Program-made: the position numbers and the translations under genes
The notes under the pieces: generated by a model
The model's database searches: none
Told to the model about the DNA's origin: nothing
What the model saw: the letters and a program-made list of their open reading frames with translations, nothing else
Assembly: GCA_951406725.2 (NCBI GenBank)
Contig: OX597815.1
Span: 183,768,001-183,832,000 of the forward strand
Length of the DNA: 64,000 nt
Source of the DNA: Octopus vulgaris
Lineage: Eukaryota
Direction of reading: 5' to 3'
Part shown: positions 26,823 to 40,091 of the stretch, piece by piece
Layout: each line of letters begins with the position of its first letter
Numbering within the stretch: the first letter of the stretch is position 1

Positions 26823-28319
26823 CATCAACAATATACCCGGCTGCTAAAATGGAGGATCTCGTTATCTTCTTTCTATTATTACTGCGATGTCGCTGGTACT
26901 GTATTTAGTTACATGTGGCTTTTGCGAAAGACTGTTGCTGTTGTTGTTATTAGAACTGTATATATGCGAGTTGTTCATGTTGCCATTTTTAGTTTTGCTC
27001 CTGTACCCTTGTTGCCGTTCATTTTACCTATTACTGCTTCTACTGCTGTCTTTGACGTTACACTTGATGGTGTTTTACTGTTCCAGAAAATGTTACTTTG
27101 TTGTTGAATTTTACTACCATTATTCAGTGTGTTGTTGTTATTCGCCGTTATAATATTTCTTTTGCCTAGAAATTATTAAATATAAAGGGCAATTGTCGGT
27201 GATGGTGTCTAGCCCTGCAAATTATTTCCGCAGTCTTTTCTAATATAATTTTTCTCTTCTTGGCAAACAACAAATATAGTTGAAATAAAGTTCTCGTGAA
27301 GAGAGTTACTGAATGATAAATAATCGAGTTAAATGTGCTTTAATTTCAGCAAAGCAATAACAAGCACTCACAGAAAGTTGAAGCAAATATTTGTATAAAC
27401 TTCATGAGGCTTGAACTGGGTACGCATATTTCAATTGATAGACAGTTGCTGTGGATTTCTAGCACTGACACAGCACAACAGTGAGAAGATGTGATATAGT
27501 TGCCTGAATTGAATAACAGTAGATACCCACTTCTTCGTTAAACCTGGGAAACGAAATTCGGATTGATTCTGTTAAGATTAGAACGTACAGAGTCAGGCAC
27601 TATATTTACCCCTCTATCGTTTCGTCAATGAATATTTCTTTATTCCAGTTAATTAAATGAAAAGGAAGAAAAGAATATGGACTATTAATAACTGTTTTTC
27701 TTCATAATTGGAACGATTGTTCAAAGATTAAATCTGTACTTTTTTTAAAACCAAGATTATTTGCATAAGCCGACTCATGTATAATAGCATAGTTTCTCTG
27801 TTGAAGGTTACGGCGGCAGTATGCTTAAATATATTATCATAAAGAAACTATCATCAAGAATAACAAATTTTTACTAGATTATATATGAAAAAAATTGACA
27901 TATCTATGCAGAGCGAAAAAATATATTTAGAAATTATAAAACCGCTGCTGATAAGGTTAAATGGTTATTTAATTTTATAATGGCTTAAATTTGCATATAA
28001 AAGAACTTTTACGAAAAGTGTTTGGTGTAATTAAGATTTTGAAATGAAACATTTATATTTACCTTAAATTTATTCTTGTGGCTAAATAGCTTTCTTTCGA
28101 ACACATTTATGTTCTGTAAACGACCGTAATTCTTGCATAATATCGCAACGAAATTTAAAATGGATTATAACATGGTGGTTTTGGCAATTAATCTGCTTTA
28201 CAAGGATTCTTCAGCTTTAGAGAATGTTTTATTTTTTTAGCTTTATTATTGGAATAAACATTACATATAATATTTAATAATACAGTTATAAGGAATTATG
28301 ATAGTTAAAGTTGAAATTT

Positions 28320-28520
28320 ATAAAAAAAACAAAAAACAAAAAAAAAAACGGAATGTGAGGACAACAAGTAGGTGAATTAGTTTGGTGCTCGGGAAGGTGG
28401 GAAAATCTTCTAAGTTTCGAGCCTACGCTTTTCAACAAAATGGAACACGAGGAAATGAACAGAGAAAGAAAAGAATTTTTGGAGTTAGCAGTCAATCATG
28501 GCGACTGATATTTAAAGCTT
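28320..28520 (-). mobile_element. Degenerate copy of the 17k/25.8k pLTR-HHR family
   Basis: Minus strand TTGTTGA-A-AAGC(GTAG)GCTC-GAAA at 28415-28438. Confidence 0.5.
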
Positions 28521-29255
28521 GTTTTGTTTCAGAACATAAACATTGCTTTATCCAGAAATATGATATCTTGACCTGGAAGTGTTAATACTAGTTACTTAAT
28601 AATAAATTACTTATCTATATTTGCAAAATTTCTATTTCTATTTCCGTTATCAATTACTGACACAAATGTTTGCTTATGAGACAACTATTTTTAATGGGAA
28701 ACAGCATAGAATATTGTATGGATAAAAAACAAACAAACTGTGGTTAACAGAGTGTATGTTTGAACAAGAATGAAAATTAATGAAGCCAAACAGAAAGCGC
28801 TGGCAAATTAGTACGGTTGACTAAGACGAGAACAAGCATATAGTGTATCATTACTAGGTGAGGCAAAATGATTTCTAATTTAAATTGTCAATTGAATAAA
28901 GGAACTATGTTATTTACGCGTTATTTCATAGATAATGCAAATTGGAAAACTAGCAAAAATAAAATTCCGCACCCTACTTTCGTGAATCGTATAGATTCAT
29001 TATGGGGGATTTTATCGCGGACCTCAAAATGAAAATACTCATTTTAACACTTTGTTGCAGAGGTTCACACAGATATCTTCAAATAAAGTCTAACGAAGAC
29101 TCAGGTAGAACATTCCTACCGCAGACATTAATTAGGTAATAAAAACCTATCTAAACCAATTGCTAAGGCTGCCAACTGCTTCAAATAATAATAGAAATGT
29201 AAATAAGAAAGTATATTTTAACGTATTTTAATATTCAGAGAATACAGCGTAATAA

Positions 29256-29287
<32 letters not shown>

Positions 29288-29316
29288 TAATAATAATAAT
29301 AATGATGATGATGATG

Positions 29317-29372
<56 letters not shown>
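29256..29372. repeat. (AAT/GAT)n microsatellite, followed by a Meta-like SINE fragment (29373-29516)
   Basis: Direct reading. Confidence 0.9.
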
Positions 29373-29732
29373 TTATTTCTTTATTGCCCACAGGGGGTTA
29401 AACATAGAGGGGACAAACAAGGACAGACAAGGGATTAAATCGATTACATCGACTCCAGTGCGTAACTGGTACTTAATTTATCGACCCCGAAAGGATGAAA
29501 AGGCAAAGTCGACCTCTAAACAATATAGTTTTCACTTAGAATACGCAAGTTTTTCAAAATGATGTGATATATATATATATATTTATATATGTAGCAGTTA
29601 ATAAATAAAGAAAAGCATTTCTATAGTTAATCTTTAAATAATTCACGTATACCTGTAATATAATCACATTATCTTATGGAAATTTCACTCAGCATCATTA
29701 GGCTATTTTTATGAAAATGGAAAATATACTAA

Positions 29733-29985
29733 AAGTATACAAGCCATCTCAATATGGCTAACCACTAAGGGTGGGTGTTACTGTAGCTTTTAGCCCCAGG
29801 AGATCATCGACTCCAGCTGGCTTTAGGCACACTTTCTGTACCCTTATGATATTTGCAAAGGGAGGTCACCCCTCTCTCGTAAACCTAAATGAAACGCACG
29901 GACTGCAGTTTCGAGGTATTTGCCTCTTGTCAACGTACGGTAATCACCGGTTTTCGATGAAGAGAGACCTGTTTGCGAATATCTA
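29733..29985 (-). mobile_element. HHR-bearing repeat homologous to 53842-54149
   Basis: Shared ggctaaccactaagggtgg...ccagctggct and ggtattt...aatcaccggt..tcgatg blocks. Confidence 0.7.
29895..29939 (-). ncRNA. Type I hammerhead ribozyme motif with U3-A8 core
   Basis: CGTACG-TTGACAA-GAGG(CAAATA)CCTC-GAA-AC(TGCA)GT-C-CGTGCG. All three stems pair. Confidence 0.7.
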
Positions 29986-30597
29986 TTTAATGTTTTTCCC
30001 AATAACCACTGTCACTGATTTCGAAAAACTGTCTGAAAGCAATAATAAATCTCTGAACGAGATGGAAACAAAGAAAAAAAGTGAACGTTTAAATACTCCA
30101 ATATTCCAGTATTTTCTGTCATAGTTCGTTTTGGTGATTCCTACCGATATTAATGAACAGAAGCTTGGAAACTGTAAAGTTAGATGTATTCCTTCGGGTT
30201 GCAAATGCGCTCAATACACAGACACACACATACAGACAGATCAGAATGTAAAATTAAATTGGTGGGGATTTTTTTTATATCTAAGATAAGTAAAGAGACG
30301 TAGCCAAATACCACAAGGTAATTTGGTTAAATCAATAACAATTATAATAACCATTGAGCAAGTGGGAATCGAATCAACGTCTCTGAAAAGCTGTTGTTTT
30401 TAATCAGCTTCTTATGTGCTCGTCTCTGTTACCATGCATTCAACGCTATGTTTACGAAATTCTATCGAGGCCGAATTTGCCTTTCATCCTTTCGGGATCG
30501 ATTAAATAAGTACCAGCTACGCACTGGGGTCGATGTAATCGACTTAATCCCTTGTTTCTCTCCTCTATGTTTAACCCCTTGTTGGTAATAAAGAAAA

Positions 30598-30644
<47 letters not shown>

Positions 30645-31127
30645 GGAAATATGAAAAATCAACGAAAATGCACATTGTAAAAAAAAAAAATGCTTTTTAT
30701 GAAAGGTAACGACAAATATATACATTTAGATGGACTGAGGTAGTAATAAAAGTCATAAAAGTCATTATTATGAGATGATCATAAAGTCAGAAAACAAAGC
30801 ATACCATGGTTTCCGCAAAGCTATTCATCGCTTTAACATATATATATGTGTGTGTGTGTGTGTATGTGTGTGTGTGTGTGTGTATGTATATTTACAAAAT
30901 TCAAATTCCCATTCAGTATTTTCTTTTCTTTCTTTCTTTCTTTCTTTCTTTTTATCTGTATGTCTATCAGTAAGGTTTTGTGATTAAAAAGCTCGATTGG
31001 CAACCATGTGTTTCGGTGTTCAACCTCACTTCGCGGAACCTTGTGTCTTCTGCTGTAGCATCGGGACAAACGATGCCTTCTGAGTGAATTTAGTAAATGG
31101 AGGTCAGTCATATGTATATATTTCTTT

Positions 31128-31172
<45 letters not shown>

Positions 31173-31289
31173 ACCCTGACCACAGTTCATTGACTAAAAC
31201 ACGTAAAAACTATAGAAAAATATGCTAGTTGCAGCTTTACTCTAAATTCATTTGCAGTAGCTCCACTGATTCTGTCATTTGTGATACGT

Positions 31290-31500
31290 GTCTGGTCTGT
31301 CGAGGAATATCCACTCCACAGATATCAGAATCCTCATGATCAACTAGAAAATTCACTGGAAACAGTGACATCAACAGGCTGTACCTCAGAAGACATGGAG
31401 GAGGTAGCGGCTTGAGATCAGTATAGACAGCATTCGAATATAGTGTAGAATATCTCTCAGGCAGCGCCTGCCAGACAACAACAGCGATATAATAAATAAA
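31290..31500 (+). mobile_element. R4/Dong-like non-LTR retrotransposon fragment (post-RT region)
   Basis: 31361-31438 reads NSDINRLYLRRHGGGSGLRSV*TAFE, matching the SD.DRLY..R..GGRGL motif. Confidence 0.65.
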
Positions 31501-32037
31501 ACCCATGTTGAAAAGCGAAGAGAACAATATTCAGGAGTCGGGAGTGAGCTCCTTAGGAAGTTCTGTTTTTCCTGACGACATCCTCTACAGACCCAAAACA
31601 GCTTGACTAACACAACTCAAAGAAGAGCTAATTGTGAAACACTTAACGTGCCAAAACAACAGAATGCATGCTTATGTTTCATGAAGACTTAAATATGACA
31701 GTAATATCTATATGATGTGCAACTTTTCTAAGACTTATGATCTCTACATCACATCAATTTCAAACGCTATACGTTTGCGACTCAAGAGTTGGGGATTCAG
31801 CAAAATACCTTAATGAACAAAGTGACAGTGAGCCCTAGGAAATGTACCCGAAAATGTCGATTATGTCATATTTCTGTGAAAAACATCACGCGTGTAATTA
31901 ACATCTGATCCAATATCCCAATGTCAGCAATATCCTAATTTCTAACGCAACATGGCGTTGAAAACGATATAAGATGAGGACTGTCCTGAGGTAAGTATAA
32001 AGAATTCTACAGTTATTGAGTACTTACATAAATATTT

Positions 32038-32645
32038 AATTCTTTATTGCTCCACAAGGAGCTAAACATAGAGGAAACAAACAAGGGCAGGCAGAGAAAT
32101 TAAGTCGATTACATCGACCCCAGTACGTAACTGGTACTTATTTAATCGACTCCGAAGGGATGAAAGGTAAAGTCGACCTCAGCGGAATTTAAACTCAGAA
32201 CGTAACGGCAGACGAAATACCTGTTTCTTTACTACCCACAAGGGGCTAAACACAGTGAGGACGAACAAGGACAGACAAACGGATTAAGTCGATTATATAG
32301 ACCCCAGTGCGTAACTGGTACTTATTTAATCGACTCCGAAAGGATGAAAGGCAAAGTCGACCTCAGCGGAATCTGAACTCAGAACGTAACGGCAGACGAA
32401 ATACGGCTAAGCATTTCTCCCGGAGTGCTAACGATTCTACTAGCTCGCCGCCCTACATAAATATTGGTTTCAAATTTTCGCAGAAGTTGAGCAATTTCGA
32501 GGAAGAGTAAGTCGGTTACATGGACCCCAAAAGGGATAAAAGGTTAAGATGACCTTGGTGGAGCTGGAACTCAGATCATAAAGACGGAAGAAATGCTACT
32601 AAGCATTTTTGTACGGCATGTTAATGGTTCTGCAAGTACGCTTCC
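32038..32645 (-). mobile_element. Meta-like SINE dimer plus a degenerate unit
   Basis: Homology to 8932-9348. Confidence 0.8.
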
Positions 32646-33540
32646 TTAATACCTACTTAAATATCAACAAAAAAAATATTGGTGAGATACTTCATCCCCG
32701 AAAGAGCTACAAAGTAGAAGCATAACGAGATGGATATCGTTGTTTGGGATAAATAAGATGTGAATATCAGTTCGAAAATCAAAGAAACGTTCATTACAGG
32801 CAGCTGCGTCGAAACATTGAACTTCTAAAGCTAGATTATAAATTTACATTTATATCAAAACAAATGGTGCAATTCGTTATCTTTCTAAATCTCTAAATGG
32901 CAATTTGTAAAAGCTAAGGTTTTCAGGAAATAAAATCAATCAGCTAACATACATATTACAAATACAATCTGTTAACGCAACAGTAATAATATCTAGACTT
33001 TTCTCATGGTTAATATCCGACATTGTTCTTGTTATTTACATAACAACAATGGCGATTTGTATCCTTATTAAAAACCAGCTCTTTTCTTACAGGAAGAAGT
33101 CAGATAATTAAAAATAGAAGATAACATAAATACACATACACACACAAACATTCATATATTGGGAGAGAGAGTGAGAGAGAAAAGAGAGAGGCAGAGGCTC
33201 TTTGAACTAGCAAATAATAGCAGAACAGAAGTTGGTTACATGGTTATCAATGGCGGTACGAAAATGTGGTAAGAAACTCCGAAGAGAGCTGAACAGTAGA
33301 AGGTCTTAAGAGAAGAAACCCATCATCGGTCAAGTGTTTCGCCCCATAAGTTCTTACTCTGTAAGGGAGTCGGGGTGGCGGTCCGCATCCAGACACGCAT
33401 TCTCAGTGTCCTACTGCTGATTTTGTGACTTTGTAGCTACTTGGATATCAGAGCCTTGTGCATTTAATCTGCTTGAAATAGATAACAACACATACACAGA
33501 CACAAACACACATACATACATGTATATATATATATACATG

Positions 33541-33620
<80 letters not shown>

Positions 33621-33647
33621 AAAATATGTTACATTAATCAATAGTCA

Positions 33648-33710
33648 AGATAAAACTCTGAGTTTCAGATGCCGAAGTGGAAATCCACAACACCATCTCT
33701 TCGGTTATCT
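33648..33710 (-). ncRNA. Type I hammerhead-like motif (U4C core variant)
   Basis: AGATAA-CCGAAGA-GATG..GTGG(ATTT)CCAC..CATC-T-GAA-ACTC(A)GAGT-T-TTATCT. Confidence 0.6.
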
Positions 33711-34114
33711 GGCCATCTGAAAAACGCTATGAAAAAATACCGTTATATAAAGGGAAATTACTGTATTATGATTCTGCTCGCGAACCCACGTGCGTACTTA
33801 TACGTCACTATGAAAACGTACACATCTTCACTCGCATTTTTCGCCAAATATATACGCATACATATACAACCTCATACACACACACATGCGTACCGTAAAA
33901 GTTCATACATACGTCTATATACGCACAAACACAAGAAAAACCATGGTTAAAGATAACAGAAAAAAACATAAGGAAGTATACTTTATATATATAAATTTTA
34001 AAAATAGGATAAAATCTTAATAAGAAATCTTAACAAGATATTATCAAGTAGTTAGCGTGAAAAACCTCATAAGAGAAAAAAAACTGTAATTTTTTTTCTT
34101 TGAAAATATTTATT

Positions 34115-34422
34115 TATATTGTATAGAGGGCATTATTACACATAAATGCCGCACGCTAGGAGGGACTCTTAAAGTCATAACTACCAAATATAAACAAATC
34201 GTACCGAATGCAATTCTCGAAGCGAGTCATTTAAAAACAGAATTTAGCTCCAGATCACCTGTGATTTCGCAAGTAACGTTGTATCCGCGTCCCTTGCTCT
34301 TACCTTGCTCTTAAATGACTCGCTTCGAGAATTGCATTCGGTACGATTTGTCTATATTTGGTAGTTATGACTTTAAGAGTCCCTCCTAGCGTGCGGCATT
34401 TATGTGTAATAATGCCCTCTAT

Positions 34423-34430
<8 letters not shown>
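34115..34430. repeat. Fold-back: 120-bp inverted arms (1 mismatch), 76-bp spacer
   Basis: 34115-34234 vs 34311-34430. Confidence 0.95.
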
Positions 34431-34456
<26 letters not shown>

Positions 34457-34734
34457 CATCAAAAAAGGGGTAGAATTAATTAATTGTTAATAAATTCGAC
34501 CAAGCAGTATTCGGTATGTAAAGACCATTTACGGTATATTTGAAGTATTAATTTATAAAAATATGGTAAAGTAAAAAAATTCACTTTACCACACACCGAA
34601 CTTTTCAGAAATAGCAGCCAAAAATTTGGCTATTTCTTCAACTGCAAATAAAAGTCTCCAGACAATGCATACTCAGAAAATAACTCACATAGGTATAAGG
34701 GAAAAACAATGAAAGATCACATCCATATACGACA

Positions 34735-34796
34735 CCCGAGGACAGTCTGTTTCTGGATTTGTGGGTAAAACGCCACTTTTCCTTCATCAGCTCAGA
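34735..34796 (-). ncRNA. Type I hammerhead ribozyme, unit 1
   Basis: TCTGAG-CTGATGA-A-GGA..GTGG(8 nt)CCAC..TCC-A-GAA-ACAG(A)CTGT-C-CTCGGG; GUC cleavage site. Confidence 0.8.
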
Positions 34797-35292
34797 GATT
34801 TCTTCTGATTTAGATTTGAAAATACTAAGAATCAAACATACCCGTCCGATATCTGTAACATCGGACAAACCATGCCAGACACCCAGTACTAGCGAATCCA
34901 AAAATACGAATGAGATCTATTATTCTCCCTGTCCACCCACGTGAGTCATAGAGCATACATTTCTACAGAGGTAAAAACTGCAGTTCAAATTCTTGGAGAT
35001 AAAGCATTATATTGTCATCAAAAAAGGGTAGAATTAATTAATTGTTAATAAATTCGACCAAGCAGTATTCGGTATGTAAAGACCATTTACGGTATATTTG
35101 AAGTATTAATTTATAAAAATATGGTAAAGTAAAAAAATTCACTTTACCACACACCGAACTTTTCAGAAATAGCAGCCAAAAATTTGGCTATTTCTTCAAC
35201 TGCAAATAAAAGTCTCCAGACAATGCATACTCAGAAAATAACTCACATAGGTATAAGGGAAAAACAATGAAAGATCACATCCATATACGATA

Positions 35293-35354
35293 CCCGAGGA
35301 CAGTCTGTTTCTGGATTTGTGGGTAAAACGCCACTTTTCCTTCATCAGCTCAGA
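35293..35354 (-). ncRNA. Type I hammerhead ribozyme, unit 2
   Basis: Same motif, 558 bp from unit 1. Confidence 0.8.
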
Positions 35355-35851
35355 GATTTCTTCTGATTTAGATTTGAAAATACTAAGAATCAAACATACC
35401 CGTCCGATATCTGTAACATCGGACAAACCATGCCAGACACCCAGTACTAGCGAATCCAAAAATACGAATGAGATCTATTATTCTCCCTGTCCACCCACGT
35501 GAGTCATAGAGCATACATTTCTACAGAAGTAAAAACTGCAGTTCAAATTCTTGGAGATAAAGCATTATATTGTCATCAAAAAAGGGGTAGAATTAATTAA
35601 TTGTTAATAAATTCGACCAAGCAGTATTCGGTATGTAAAGACCATTTACGGTATATTTGAAGTATTAATTTATAAAAATATGGTAAAGTAAAAAAATTCA
35701 CTTTACCACACACCGAACTTTTCAGAAATAGCAGCCAAAAATTTGGCTATTTCTTCAACTGCAAATAAAAGTCTCCAGACAATGCATACTCAGAAAATAA
35801 CTCACATAGGTATAAGGGAAAAACAATGAAAGATCACATCCATATACGATA

Positions 35852-35913
35852 CCCGAGGACAGTCTGTTTCTGGATTTGTGGGTAAAACGCCACTTTTCCT
35901 TCATCAGCTCAGA
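35852..35913 (-). ncRNA. Type I hammerhead ribozyme, unit 3
   Basis: Same motif, 559 bp from unit 2. Confidence 0.8.
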
Positions 35914-36082
35914 GATTTCTTCTGATTTAGATTTGAAAATACTAAGAATCAAACATACCCGTCCGATATCTGTAACATCGGACAAACCATGCCAGACACC
36001 CAGTACAAGCGAATCCAAAAATACGAATGAGATCTATTATTCTCCCTGTCCACCCATATATATGTGTGTGTGTGTGTGTTAT

Positions 36083-36243
36083 ACGCGTAGGTATGGCTGT
36101 GTGGTAAGAAGTGCTTCCTGACTACCTAGTTCCGAGTTCAGTCCCACTGCGTGGCACCTTGGTCAAGTGCCTTCTACTATAGCCACGGGCCGATCAAAGC
36201 CTCGTGATCGGATTTGGTAGATGGAAACTGAATAAAGTCCATC

Positions 36244-36288
<45 letters not shown>

Positions 36289-36535
36289 GTGTCTTTATGT
36301 CTATATTTGTCCCCAATCTCCGCTTGATAACCGGTGCTGATCTGTTCACCTCCCTTAAACTGATCGTTCAGCAAAAGAGACTAACATAATAAGTACCAAC
36401 CTTACTAAAAAAAACAACAAAAAAAAAACAAGAAAATATTAAGTACTGGGGGTCACTTCATTCGGCTAAATCTTCTTCAAAGAGGTGCCCCAGCATGGCC
36501 CCAGGCTAATGGCTGAAACAAGTAAAAGATAAAAG
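36083..36535 (+). mobile_element. CORE-like SINE, older diverged copy
   Basis: Homology to 2717-3122. Confidence 0.78.
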
Positions 36536-36539
36536 GCAT

Positions 36540-36968
36540 ACTTCCACTTTTCCACTTGTGTCGCCATCACTTACACCTACACAGACATTCACTACTTCTC
36601 AACATGCCTGACTTGCACTCGTTCCTCCAACACCTTCAATCCCTTCTTTGCCGTTTTCTTGCTCCCCCCCCCAATACTTGCAACCCGCAAAAAAACTTTC
36701 TCACTTACTTTTTAAAAAAAACTCGCCACTCTAGCCATCTCTCCTTTCTTAGCCGCTACCTCCGCCATCACGTCACAAAGGTTGGCGATTTTTTTTCCTC
36801 TGTCTTCCCTTCTCTGGATCTTTCCTTCTCTTATGATTCCGACGAAGAGCTCCGCTCGAAACGTTAAACCCTCCTTCTTTCCTTCTTTCGTGAGCGTCCA
36901 ATAATACTATATTTGTTCCACGTCCTCGCGTTGTCGTGTTTTTTTGTGCTTTCTTGTTTGGATTAACT
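36540..36968 (+). mobile_element. Internally deleted Penelope-like element: ORF N-terminal remnant joined to a pLTR with mutated HHR (36835-36869)
   Basis: KKTRHSSHLSFLSRYLRHHVTK resembles the Penelope N-terminal R..HL.FL.RC....PKG motif. The pLTR matches 2515-2708. Confidence 0.6.
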
Positions 36969-36971
36969 ATA

Positions 36972-37020
<49 letters not shown>

Positions 37021-37044
37021 TGAAAATGAGCAGGGCCGGTTTAT

Positions 37045-37105
37045 GAGATTACCTTAGGCTTCCCGTTCATAAAGGGTTTAGCTTTATGGTGTATCGTCAG
37101 ATCCC
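37045..37105 (-). ncRNA. Degenerate type I hammerhead-like motif in a TA-embedded fragment
   Basis: GGGAT-CTGACGA-..CATAAAG(7 nt)CTTTATG..-GAA-GCCT(A)AGGT-A-ATCTC. Confidence 0.5.
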
Positions 37106-37192
37106 CAAATCCTGTCGGCCAATGACCTCTTAAGAATATGGAGTGGGGAAATGTTAGTGTGTGCTACTTTCGGATTTATGTATTTACAAACG

Positions 37193-37604
<412 letters not shown>

Positions 37605-37625
37605 TTTTATATATATATATATTTA

Positions 37626-37723
<98 letters not shown>

Positions 37724-38195
37724 GTATATATACCGAGAGAGGGAGAGAGAGGAGCTTATTGACCTTGCTAATAAAAGGAGAACCGAAGTCGGTTATATAT
37801 GTAACAATATCGGTAAAATAATAAGAAGCAAGCTTCCAAACTTCAAACGCAAATCAAAACAAAGCTAAGGAACCGGAATTCCAGCGCACAGTTTAAATGG
37901 AATGCCTGTTCAACGGCAAGTAATTCAGTTAACTGATAATATGTGGGGCACAGATAACACTTCATGTAACACACGCGCGCACACACACACACAGATATAA
38001 ACATGCACACAAGTACAGACAGATATAAGGATATTCTCACATGTATGTATGTATATTTGTGTGTATGTGTGTGTGTATGTCTGTATATATATACTCGTGT
38101 ATTTATGTATGTATGTACGATTGTATGCATATATATATATATTGCTCGCTCTCTCTCCCCATATATATATACATATATGTATATATCTATATACA

Positions 38196-38235
<40 letters not shown>

Positions 38236-38248
38236 TATATACATATAT

Positions 38249-38457
38249 ACTCTTTACTCTTTTACTCTTTTGCTTGTTTCAGTCATTTGACTGCGGCCAT
38301 GCTGGAGCACCGCCTTTAGTCGAGCAAATCGACCCCGGAACTTATTCTTTGTAAGTCCAGTACTTATTCTATCGGGCTCTTTTTGCCGAACCGCTAAGTG
38401 ACGGGGACGTAAACACACCAGCATCGGTTGTCAAGCAATGCTAGGGGGACAAACACA

Positions 38458-38507
<50 letters not shown>

Positions 38508-38664
38508 CACTTATACGACAAGCTTCTTTCAGTTTCCGTCTACCAAATCCACTCACAAGGCTTTGGTCGGCCCGAGGCTATAGCAGAAGACAGTTGCCCA
38601 AGATGCCACGCAGTGGGACAGAAACCGGAACCATGTGGATGGTTAGCAAGCTACTTACCACACA
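38249..38664 (-). mobile_element. CORE-like SINE
   Basis: Homolog of 2717-3122. Confidence 0.85.
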
Positions 38665-38790
38665 AATATATATATATATATATATATATATTGGCGGTGC
38701 CCCATCATAGCCACAGCTCGTGAGCTGAAACTAGATAAAATTAAAAAAATAAATAAATATATATATATGTATATATTGATAACGAAGGGT

Positions 38791-38922
38791 ACTACTTGTA
38801 GCATCAGCATGCTAAAGATAGCAGTCAAAACAACTGAACACCACAGTTTGCACTTGAAGACAAGGGCGATGTGGTTTTTAGGCGTTTTGACTGCTATCTT
38901 TAGCATGCTGGTGCTACGAGTA
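38791..38922. repeat. Fold-back with about 39-bp arms
   Basis: tacttgtagcatcagcatgctaaagatagcagtcaaaac and its near-perfect reverse complement. Confidence 0.85.
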
Positions 38923-39013
38923 GAACACATTATTATTAATTGATAATTTTGCCTTTATGTTTCTATTACGCATGCTAACCACTGACATTATTGTCAATTA
39001 TTAACAGTAATAT

Positions 39014-39049
<36 letters not shown>

Positions 39050-39167
39050 GCTTGTACTTATATATAAGCACACGTACACACATATATATATATATATTGG
39101 TAAGTATGAACATGTATTTATCTCTCTCTATATACATATAGATAGATAGATAGATATGAATGCATGC

Positions 39168-39209
<42 letters not shown>

Positions 39210-39286
39210 GATATTAGGGAATAAATCCAAATTTACAGGGAAAAAATCAGATTTATGATTAAATCCAATTTTATAGTAAAATATTA

Positions 39287-39533
39287 TATAATATTAATTA
39301 GAGACAAAACCACTATTTTGCAAAACAAACAAGGAAAGACTTAATCAATACATAAAATTTTAATAAAAAGTAAAAAAAAAGTAAAAAATAAAAAATAAAA
39401 AGTAAAAGAAGTAAAAAAAAGTTAAAAAAAGTAAAAAATAAAAAGTAAAATTTTTATTAAAATTTTATGTATTGATTAAGTCTTTCCTTGTTTGTTTTGC
39501 AAAATAGTGGTTTTGTCTCTAATTAATATTATA
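39287..39533. repeat. Fold-back: 83-bp arms around an A-rich spacer
   Basis: 39287-39369 vs 39451-39533. The arm is homologous to the 37333 hairpin. Confidence 0.93.
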
Positions 39534-39765
39534 TTATATATATATATATATATATATATTGTTATGCCTTTTATATTTAACCCTACAGTCTCTTATGTGG
39601 TGGTTTAATAAAGTATGTGATTGAGTATTATCTGGTAATTGATATTTGATTTAGATGTATTTCTCCATTTTTTGTATATATATATATATATATATATATA
39701 CATACATACATGCATGCATTCATATCTATCTATCTATCTATTTATCTATCTATATGTTTATATAT

Positions 39766-40068
39766 CACGTGATCACGTGACCGACCAGACCATCTGATGT
39801 TATTACACATCGCTAGTCACAATGCGTTCGCATTGTTTTAGCCTTCGAATGACGCCACCCCGCTGGCTAAGCGAGCAGGCCAACAGACGAAAGATTGGGA
39901 GAAAGAGTGATGAAAGAGTACAGCAGGGATCACCCCCCCTGCCAGAGCGTCGTGGAGCTTTTAGGTGTTTTCGCTCAATAAACACTCACAACTCCCGGTC
40001 TGGGAATCGAAACCGCGATCCTACGACCGCGAGTCCGCTGCCCTAACCATTGGGCCATTGCGCCTCCA
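39766..40068 (-). mobile_element. OR-type SINE (tail A)
   Basis: Homolog of 100-398. Confidence 0.88.
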
Positions 40069-40091
40069 CATGTATATATATAGATGTATAT

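Larger units (their letters stand above)
34451..36055 (-). mobile_element. Tandem trimer (about 2.9 copies) of a 558/559-bp HHR-containing unit; retrozyme- or pLTR-like
   Basis: Units start at 34451, 35010 and 35568, are nearly identical, and are flanked by TA-rich microsatellite. Confidence 0.85.

Noticed and set aside
34638-36018. Triplicated 87-aa ORF as a gene family
   Set aside because: No recognisable domain; it overlaps the ribozyme and repeats only because the DNA unit repeats.
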